Assembly (NCBI GenBank): GCA_964496765.1
Contig: CAZCAP010000012.1
Location: 1-25,088 of the forward strand
Reading direction: 5' to 3'
Length of the DNA stretch: 25,088 nucleotides
Source: an uncultured archaeon
GTDB taxonomy: Archaea > Iainarchaeota > Iainarchaeia > Iainarchaeales > CSSED10-239
Below are positions 15,933 to 22,610 of the stretch, piece by piece. The position numbers and the translations under genes are program-made. Below the pieces are notes generated by a model. That model ran no database searches. It worked only from the letters and a program-made list of their open reading frames with translations, and was not told where the DNA came from. Every line of letters starts with the position of its first letter. Within the stretch, counting starts at the first letter, position 1.

Positions 15933-18518
15933 ATGCCTATAAAAAAGATTAGATCAATTGAGTTTTCTGTACTTTCACCTGACATGATAAGAAAAATGTC
16001 TGCAGTTGAGATTACAAGAGCTGAAACCTATGATAAGGATGGTTATCCTATTGAAAGAGGAGTAATGGATCTTCATTTGGGTGTGATCTCTCCAGGGCTT
16101 AGATGTAAGACCTGTGGACAGAACATGAGAGATTGTCCTGGTCATTTTGGGCACATAGAATTAATTAGGCCTGTAATTCATCCTAAATTTTCTGATAAAT
16201 TGTATTCTGTTCTTTCATGTACCTGTAGAGAATGTGGAAGAATCCTAATTCCTGAAGAGGACATAGGCGATCTTCTTGCGCTTGCATCAGATCCTGAAAA
16301 AGCAACAAAAGAAATAATGGGACTTGTTAAGGATAAAAAGAAATGCCCACATTGTGGAGTGGACATGCCAAAGATTACAATTGATAAACCAACTAACTTC
16401 TATTATAATCAGGAAAGATTATACCCTTCAGATATTACTGATTGGTTAATTAAGGTTCTTGATAAAGATTTATTTTTATTTGGATATTCTTCAATTTTAA
16501 AACCACAGTGGTTTGTATTAACAACTCTTCCTGTTCCTCCAGTAGCAATCAGACCTTCATTATCACTAGAGAATGTAATTACTGCAGAATCTGATTTAAC
16601 ACACATGCTACTTAATATTGTTAGAATTAACACCAGACTACAGGAAAACATAGTTGCTGGTGCACCACAAATAATTGTAGAAGATCTTTGGGATCTTTTG
16701 CAATATAACATAACAACATATTTTGATAATAATACTGCTGGTGTTCCACCAGCAAAGCATAGATCTGGAAGAGCACTTAATACCTTAGCACAGAGATTGA
16801 AAGGTAAGAAAGGAAGATTCAGATATAATTTAATTGGTAAAAGAGTAAATGCTGGTGCAAGAACAACCATAACCCCATCAACAGATATTAGAATTGATGA
16901 GCTTGGTGTTCCTGAGCAGATAGCAAACACATTAACAATGCCTGAAAAAGTAACTTCTTGGAACAAAGAATATTGTAAAGAACAAATTGACAAAGGATTT
17001 GTTGATTATATTATTACAAAGAATGGAAGAAGAAAAATTATTACTCTTGAAAGTAAGCAGGAATTAATGGACGGACTTGAAGATGGTGCTACAATTAAAA
17101 GAAAACTAAGGGATGGAGATGTTGTTATCTTTAATAGACAACCAACGCTTCATAGAGCATCAATCATGGGTCATAAAATTAAAGTATTACCTGGTAAAAC
17201 ATTTAGATTAAATCCAATTGCTTGTCCTCCCTATAATGCTGATTTTGATGGAGATGAAATGAATCTTCATTCTCCACAGAGTGAAGCTGCAGTTGCAGAA
17301 ATCAATAATTTATTAATGGTTGATTCTCAAATTTTAAGTATTAGAAACGGATCTCCAATCATTGTTCCTGATCATGATATTGTTTCTGGTGGTTATTTAT
17401 TAACCAAGAAGGATACAGTGTTTACAAAGAAGGAAGCAATGGAGATGCTATATTCCATAGGAATAACAGAATTGCCTACAGCTGATGTTGATAGAACTAA
17501 ATATTCTGGTAAGCTTATCTTTTCTCAAATATTACCAAAGGATCTTAATATTGGATACTATAATAAATTGTTTACTATATTAAGAAAGGTTAAAGGAAAA
17601 ATAAATCAAAAAGATGTAGACAAATATGATTGTTATTTCAAGGTTGAAAAAGGGCGTCTAATCTCTGGTGTTGTTGACGAGAAATTGTATGCTCCAAGAA
17701 ATTTAATTGATGTTCTAGTAAGACACTATGATAAGAGGGTTGTTGTTGAGTTTTATTATAATCTATGTAAGCTTGTTTTCTATACCCTAAGTAAAAAGGG
17801 ATTAACAATTGCTCTTGATGAATATAAAACTCCTGTTACATTGCAGGAAGATATTGATGTTAAAGTTAAAAAATTAATTGCAACCACAAATGGAATAATT
17901 AAAAAGTATGAGAGTAAATCACTTGCTCTAATACCTGGTAAGACACTTGCAGAAACATTCGAACTTGAAATGATTAAAGCTGCTGGTGAAACAAAGGATG
18001 ATATTTCAAATAAGCTTCTTGCGCTTAAGTTTGAAGAAATGACAAGTGAAAATAAAATTGCATATAATAATTCCACATTAATTGCAAGTATTGGTGGTGC
18101 TCGTGGAAAGCTTGGTAATGTTGCAAACATAGTTGCGCTATGGGGGCTTGTTACAGTTAGATCAGGTAGACCAAAAGCAGGTTTTTCAAATAGATTCCTA
18201 AGTTCAAATGTTAATGGAACAAAAGCACTTATGGACTATGGTTTTGTAAAAAACAATTTCTTTAATGGAATGGAACCAAAAGAATACTTCATACACTCTA
18301 TTGGTGGACGTCAAGGAGAAATTGATACAGGTGTTGCAACAAAGGTATCTGGATACTTATATAGAAGATTATCAAATGCACTTAAGGATTTAATAGTTAA
18401 TGATGATTTAAGTGTAAGAACAGCAGATGGACAGGTTGTTCAATTTTTGTATGGAGATGATGGACTTTCACCAGATAAGGCATATCTTGGAAAGAACATA
18501 AATTTCTTCCATGAATAA
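15933..18518 (+). CDS. rpoA1: DNA-directed RNA polymerase subunit A' (Rpo1N)
   Basis: Zinc motif CKTCGQNMRDCPGHFGHIEL. Catalytic YNADFDGDEMNLH. NRQPTLHRASIMGH. Length 861 aa. Confidence 0.96.
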   Translation: MPIKKIRSIEFSVLSPDMIRKMSAVEITRAETYDKDGYPIERGVMDLHLGVISPGLRCKTCGQNMRDCPGHFGHIELIRPVIHPKFSDKLYSVLSCTCRECGRILIPEEDIGDLLALASDPEKATKEIMGLVKDKKKCPHCGVDMPKITIDKPTNFYYNQERLYPSDITDWLIKVLDKDLFLFGYSSILKPQWFVLTTLPVPPVAIRPSLSLENVITAESDLTHMLLNIVRINTRLQENIVAGAPQIIVEDLWDLLQYNITTYFDNNTAGVPPAKHRSGRALNTLAQRLKGKKGRFRYNLIGKRVNAGARTTITPSTDIRIDELGVPEQIANTLTMPEKVTSWNKEYCKEQIDKGFVDYIITKNGRRKIITLESKQELMDGLEDGATIKRKLRDGDVVIFNRQPTLHRASIMGHKIKVLPGKTFRLNPIACPPYNADFDGDEMNLHSPQSEAAVAEINNLLMVDSQILSIRNGSPIIVPDHDIVSGGYLLTKKDTVFTKKEAMEMLYSIGITELPTADVDRTKYSGKLIFSQILPKDLNIGYYNKLFTILRKVKGKINQKDVDKYDCYFKVEKGRLISGVVDEKLYAPRNLIDVLVRHYDKRVVVEFYYNLCKLVFYTLSKKGLTIALDEYKTPVTLQEDIDVKVKKLIATTNGIIKKYESKSLALIPGKTLAETFELEMIKAAGETKDDISNKLLALKFEEMTSENKIAYNNSTLIASIGGARGKLGNVANIVALWGLVTVRSGRPKAGFSNRFLSSNVNGTKALMDYGFVKNNFFNGMEPKEYFIHSIGGRQGEIDTGVATKVSGYLYRRLSNALKDLIVNDDLSVRTADGQVVQFLYGDDGLSPDKAYLGKNINFFHE

Positions 18519-18575
18519 TAATGAATAACTAGGAAAATGTTAAAAAATAAAATTAAAAATTAAATAAAAAAGTTG

Positions 18576-19736
18576 ATGGTTATGAGAGAATTACCGAAAT
18601 TAGTTTTAGATAGAATTGAAGTTTATGCAAAAACTAAAAAGTTTAGTGATGCTAAAAGAAAAAAGCTAATTGAAATTGTTAACAATAGGTACAATAACTC
18701 ATTGGTAACACCAGGAGACGCAATTGGTTTAATTGCTGCCCAATCAATTGGTGAGCCCGGAACTCAGTTAACTCTTAGAACAAAGCACTATGCTGGTTCT
18801 CTAGAAGTTTCTGTTGGTCAGGGAATACAGAGAGTTATTGAAATTGTTGATGGTCGTCTATCATCCAAGTATCCATCAATGAAAGTATATCTTAAACCTG
18901 AATTTATAAAAAATGAGAAAAAAGTAAGAGCATTTGCAAGCAATCTTGTTGATATTAAAGTTCAAGATGTTGGTAATTTTGATGAAAACTTTGAAAACAA
19001 AAGTTTATCTTTTGTTCTAGATGATGATAAGGTTGATGAAGCAGGAATTAATAAGGACACAATCATGGATCTTGTTTATGATAAAATTGATGAAATATAT
19101 ACCTCCAAAAGATTCGGAGATAGTAAGAAAAAAATAAATTTTGCATTTGATGCATCCACACCATTGTATACTATTAGAAAAGCTGTGCTAAAATGGAAAA
19201 ATATTCCATTATTTGGTGTTAAACACATTGAAAAAGTTGTTGTTACTCAATCAGGAGATGAATTTGTAATTACAACAAGAGGAACAAATCTTTCTGAGAT
19301 ACTTAAATTTGAAGAAGTGGATTCACTAAGAACAATAACGAATGATGTTGTTGAAATTAATAAAACACTTGGAATTGAAGCAGGAAGACAGGCAATAGTA
19401 AGTGAACTAAGTAATACATTTATTTCAAACAGTATTGATATTAATTTAAGACATATATATATTCTTGCAGATCTAATGACCTTTGGTGGTCGTGTTAAGG
19501 GTATTGTAAGAACAGGAATAACTGGAGAAAAAACAAGTCCATTTGCAAGAGCTGCATTTGAAGAAACAGTTAAACACATACTTGCTGCAGCATTCTATCA
19601 TGAGATCGAAAAACTAACAGGAATTACTGAAAATTTAATAGTTGGTCAACCAATCTCTGCAGGAACTGGTCTTGTTAAATTAACACTTGATCCAAAAAAT
19701 TTGAAAAAAATGATACAGGCAAATGAAGAGGAATAG
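18576..19736 (+). CDS. rpoA2: DNA-directed RNA polymerase subunit A'' (Rpo1C)
   Basis: LVTPGDAIGLIAAQSIGEPGTQLTLRTKHYAG (trigger-loop region), and C-terminal GITGEKTSPFARAAFEET...GITENLIVGQPISAGTG. The start is ambiguous among TTG 18573, ATG 18576 and ATG 18582. Confidence 0.93.
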   Translation: MVMRELPKLVLDRIEVYAKTKKFSDAKRKKLIEIVNNRYNNSLVTPGDAIGLIAAQSIGEPGTQLTLRTKHYAGSLEVSVGQGIQRVIEIVDGRLSSKYPSMKVYLKPEFIKNEKKVRAFASNLVDIKVQDVGNFDENFENKSLSFVLDDDKVDEAGINKDTIMDLVYDKIDEIYTSKRFGDSKKKINFAFDASTPLYTIRKAVLKWKNIPLFGVKHIEKVVVTQSGDEFVITTRGTNLSEILKFEEVDSLRTITNDVVEINKTLGIEAGRQAIVSELSNTFISNSIDINLRHIYILADLMTFGGRVKGIVRTGITGEKTSPFARAAFEETVKHILAAAFYHEIEKLTGITENLIVGQPISAGTGLVKLTLDPKNLKKMIQANEEE

Positions 19737-19803
19737 ATTTAAATTCGTTTTTAAACATTTAGGAGCATAAATAATATATAATCAAATAAAATTAGGTGAA
19801 CAC

Positions 19804-20073
19804 ATGCCAAAAAAAGGTGTTTCTAAAATTTATAAACCAGGCAAAAACAGATATGAGAAGGAAATTAAAAAATTAAATCCTTGCGTAGAAGGTATTGATA
19901 AAAATAAAATTTGTATTGAACTAACTAGACTTGCAGAAGTCTATCAACATAAATCAATCTTTAAGGTTATTTTTGCAAAGATGTTAGTTGAGTTAAAAGA
20001 TGCAAAAACAAAAGAAAGTGCAAAAACAATTATAGATAAATACACAAACCTATTACAGGGTGCAGGAAGATAA
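19804..20073 (+). CDS. Hypothetical small basic protein, 89 aa, inserted between rpoA'' and rpl30e
   Basis: SD AGGTGA (19794-19799) lies just upstream of the ATG. Sequence starts MPKKGVSKIYKPGKNRYEKEIKK and continues into a helical-looking C-terminal half. No recognisable family. It is co-oriented with, and embedded in, the RNAP/ribosomal operon. Confidence 0.5.
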   Translation: MPKKGVSKIYKPGKNRYEKEIKKLNPCVEGIDKNKICIELTRLAEVYQHKSIFKVIFAKMLVELKDAKTKESAKTIIDKYTNLLQGAGR

Positions 20074-20113
20074 AAAAAGGAAGCTAAAAATTATAATATA
20101 AAATGTGAATAAT

Positions 20114-20611
20114 ATGAATTGGAATAAATTTAATCAACAATTAAGAATAGCAGTAGATACTGGAAAAGTAATCTATGGTACAAAAGAAATAGTTAGAGAA
20201 ACATTAGTGGGAGATCCTAAGGTTGTTGTTCTTGCAAGTACAGTTAAAGTACTTCAGAAAAAACAAATAGAACACTATTGTAAGCTATCTGGAACAAAAT
20301 TGGTTTTATATTCAGAATCAGGTGTTGAACTAGGTTCTGTTTGCGGTAAACCATTTAATATATCTGTTCTTGGTGTTTTAAATATTGGAGAATCAAGTAT
20401 TCTTGCTGTTATTGATGAAAAAGATGTTATTGTAGTTAAAGAGAATGCAAGAACAAAAGCAAAAACAGAAAAGAAAAAAGAAAAGGAACAAAAGAAAACT
20501 GAGAAAGAAGAAATTAAGAAAGCAAGAGAAATCAGAAAGAAGGAAGAGGAAGAAAAACCAATTCAGGATGATGAATTATTTAAGAATATTCTAAAGATCA
20601 AGAAGAAGTGA
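20114..20611 (+). CDS. rpl30e: Ribosomal protein L30e (eL30) with a ~63-aa Lys/Glu-rich C-terminal tail
   Basis: The core LRIAVDTGKVIYGTKEIVRETLVGDPKVVVLASTV...IEHYCKLSGTKLVLYSESGVELGSVCGKPFNISVLGVLNIGESSIL matches L30e (l..a..tGk...G......l..g.aklvi.a.n.p......i.yya.ls.....y.g...eLG...gkpf.v...ai.d.G.S.il). The tail reads ENARTKAKTEKKKEKEQKKTEKEEIKKAREIRKKEEEEK. ATG 20114 is preferred over the GTG at 20105. Confidence 0.85.
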   Translation: MNWNKFNQQLRIAVDTGKVIYGTKEIVRETLVGDPKVVVLASTVKVLQKKQIEHYCKLSGTKLVLYSESGVELGSVCGKPFNISVLGVLNIGESSILAVIDEKDVIVVKENARTKAKTEKKKEKEQKKTEKEEIKKAREIRKKEEEEKPIQDDELFKNILKIKKK

Positions 20612-20614
20612 GTT

Positions 20615-20860
20615 ATGCCTCCAAGAATTGCAAAAAAAATTAAACCAGTTCATCAGGTGGAATATGAAATGATGTTGCGTTCCATAGATCGCAAAAGAAA
20701 AAGATCTCAAAAATTAGTTGAGTTTAATAAAAAATATTCTGAAAAAATGAAAAAAGTAAAAGATAGAAATGCAAGTCTTGATGAAATAAAAGCAGAAATG
20801 GAAAAATATAGAATTGCATTTGGAAAATTTAAAGAAAAACTAAATATAGATAAAACTTAA
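20615..20860 (+). CDS. Hypothetical small basic helical protein, 81 aa, occupying the position where nusA normally sits
   Basis: The ATG is 3 nt after the rpl30e stop. Its own stop overlaps the rps12 SD (AAGGTGA, 20859-20865). Sequence: MPPRIAKKIKPVHQVEYEMMLRSIDRKRKRSQKLVEFNKKYSEKMKKVKDRNASLDEIKAEMEKYRIAFGKFKEKLNIDKT. It has a single Gly and no KH-domain GxxG signature. Confidence 0.5.
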   Translation: MPPRIAKKIKPVHQVEYEMMLRSIDRKRKRSQKLVEFNKKYSEKMKKVKDRNASLDEIKAEMEKYRIAFGKFKEKLNIDKT

Positions 20861-20872
20861 GGTGAAGATATT

Positions 20873-21307
20873 ATGAGTAGAGGAGCTAACGGCGAATTCG
20901 CAGCAAATAAAAACATTAAAGATAGAAAGAAATGGAATAAGAAAGATCCAAGATACAAAAGAAGTGTTAAGGTTAAAAAGAAATCTGGACTCCTTCAGGG
21001 TGCACCACAGGGAAAAGGAATTGTACTTGAAAAGAAAGGAATTACAGCAAGGCAGCCAAATTCAGGAATCAGAAAGTGTGTAAGAGTAAAATTAATTAAG
21101 AATGGTAAGGAATTAACTGCACTTGCACCAAAGGATAAAGCAATTAAGTTTATTGAAATACATGACCAAGTAACTGTTGAAGGTATTGGTGGACGTAAGG
21201 GTGGACCTGTAGGGGATCTTTGGGGTGTGAAATATAAGGTTATAAAGGTTAATGGACAATCACTAGAGATGCTTAGAACAGGAAAGAAGGAGAAATCAAA
21301 GAGATAA
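20873..21307 (+). CDS. rps12: Ribosomal protein S12 (uS12, archaeal S23e type)
   Basis: NGEFAA...DPRYKR...[73 protein letters not shown] is near-canonical. Confidence 0.95.
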   Translation: MSRGANGEFAANKNIKDRKKWNKKDPRYKRSVKVKKKSGLLQGAPQGKGIVLEKKGITARQPNSGIRKCVRVKLIKNGKELTALAPKDKAIKFIEIHDQVTVEGIGGRKGGPVGDLWGVKYKVIKVNGQSLEMLRTGKKEKSKR

Positions 21308-21357
21308 AGCTAGTTTTATTCTCTTTTTTATTTTTAAATATAAAATGGTGTTAAATT

Positions 21358-21957
21358 ATGAAAATTTTTAATAAATGGGAAGCAAAAGAAATTATTTTTA
21401 CTGATTTAGGTATTGCAAAATATCTTTGTTTGAAAGAAAAGATTATTCCACACACACATGGTGCAAGAAAGAGTACACCTGTGGAAAAAGCTAAGGTGAA
21501 TATTGTTGAAAGATTAATCAATAAGATGATGAGATCTGGACAAGGAAAGAAAAAGCTTTCTGGGAAATTTATTAGAGGAAGATATGGTTGTGGAAAGAAA
21601 GATTTAATGATTAAATCAGTTGATGAGGCATTTGATTATATAAACAAAACAACTAAGGAAAATCCAATACAGGTTCTTATTAAGGCTATTGAGTTTAGTG
21701 CTCCTAGAGAGGATGTTGTTAGACTTAAAAGAGGTGGGGTTGTATCCAATCAAGCTGTTGATTTAGCTCCCATTAAAAGACTTGATGAAGCACTTAAAAA
21801 CCTTGCTTTAGCTGCATTTTCAAAAACATTCAAAACAAGAAAGGAACTTCCAGAAGCACTTGCTGAAGAAATCATTCTTGCTTCAAAGAATGATCAAAAG
21901 AGTTATGCAGTAAAGAAGAGAGATGAAATTGAAAGAATCGCACAAGGTTCAAGATAA
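21358..21957 (+). CDS. rps7: Ribosomal protein S7 (uS7, archaeal S5e type)
   Basis: Archaeal S7 layout with C-terminal ...AVKKRDEIERIAQGSR (compare KKEE.ER.A.aNR). Internal motif RLINKMMRSG. It follows rps12 as in the canonical str-like cluster. Confidence 0.93.
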   Translation: MKIFNKWEAKEIIFTDLGIAKYLCLKEKIIPHTHGARKSTPVEKAKVNIVERLINKMMRSGQGKKKLSGKFIRGRYGCGKKDLMIKSVDEAFDYINKTTKENPIQVLIKAIEFSAPREDVVRLKRGGVVSNQAVDLAPIKRLDEALKNLALAAFSKTFKTRKELPEALAEEIILASKNDQKSYAVKKRDEIERIAQGSR

Positions 21958-22001
21958 ATAAAGAATTTTTATTCTTTATTTTCTCCTTTTTCTTATTTTT
22001 A
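21956..22001 (+). terminator. Perfect 11-bp hairpin overlapping the rps7 stop, followed by a T-rich tract
   Basis: AAATAAAGAAT (21956-21966) pairs with ATTCTTTATTT (21971-21981) across a TTTT loop. TCTCC TTTTTCTTATTTTTA follows; the 15-mer at 21987-22001 is identical to 8304-8318. Confidence 0.5.
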
Positions 22002-22019
22002 TATTATCTGTTATATCTA

Positions 22020-22027
22020 TTTATAAA
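22020..22027 (+). promoter_or_regulatory. TATA-box-like TTTATAAA upstream of the 166-aa ORF
   Basis: Matches the archaeal TATA consensus TTTAWATA in 7 of 8 positions. It is centred about 29 nt before ATG 22053 and lies just after the rps7 terminator. No SD is visible, which is consistent with a leaderless mRNA. Confidence 0.35.
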
Positions 22028-22052
22028 TGTTTTCTGATTTAGTAATATAACT

Positions 22053-22553
22053 ATGCCACCAATTAAACCTAAGAAAGTAATAAATAATAACAAACCTAAG
22101 TTTAGTGAAAGACTTAAAAAAACAGTTCAACTAATTAAAGATACCCCTATGGTTGTTAATAGAATTAGTAAAACAAAGAATCCAGCACAAACTTTATTTA
22201 GGTTAAATAGATACAAATTATATACAACTGCTGCAAAACACTATCCTAAAGCAAGTGAATTTTATTCAGAAGTGTTTAGAAGATTAGATAAGAAAGATGG
22301 TGTTAAATTTTTTATGTGGCTTCCTGGAATATTTTATGTTGGCCCATTTACATTGAGATTTAGGTTTAGAAGAACAGAAAGAATCATCTCTGATCTTGAG
22401 AAAAGAAATATACCTATTAATAAGATAATTAATAATGAAAGAGTAAGTATGAGTATTGCTCAATATGGTATTTTTAATTATAAAACAACAAAAAGTAAAG
22501 CCTATGAGGCTTATCTAAGCAAACTAGAAAACATTATTAAAAATAATAAATAA
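22053..22553 (+). CDS. Hypothetical protein, 166 aa, basic
   Basis: ORF with its own TATA-like element. N-terminus is MPPIKPKKVINNNKPKF. A central hydrophobic/aromatic patch reads VKFFMWLPGIFYVGPFTLRFRFRR. No recognisable family. Confidence 0.5.
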   Translation: MPPIKPKKVINNNKPKFSERLKKTVQLIKDTPMVVNRISKTKNPAQTLFRLNRYKLYTTAAKHYPKASEFYSEVFRRLDKKDGVKFFMWLPGIFYVGPFTLRFRFRRTERIISDLEKRNIPINKIINNERVSMSIAQYGIFNYKTTKSKAYEAYLSKLENIIKNNK

Positions 22554-22610
22554 ATCAGTTCTTAATTAAAAAAAATAGTTATTTAAATAAAATTAAACAA
22601 AGATATATAT

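Noticed and set aside
12930-16993. Long antisense ORFs inside the RNA polymerase genes (12930-13367, 14908-15318 and 16409-16993, all minus strand), and other minus-strand or alternate-frame ORFs in the track (for example 1104-1307, 4081-4326, 6686-6883, 10320-10646 and 19247-19579).
   Set aside because: All lie fully inside strongly supported + strand genes. They have low-complexity Ser/Ile/Leu-rich translations with no motifs. They are the usual shadow ORFs produced opposite codon-biased genes.
20615-20860. The 81-aa ORF as a degenerate NusA.
   Set aside because: It has no KH-domain GxxG loops and only one Gly in the whole protein. It is too short for even one KH domain plus linker. The composition is a basic coiled-coil type, so it is better treated as an unrelated protein in the nusA slot.
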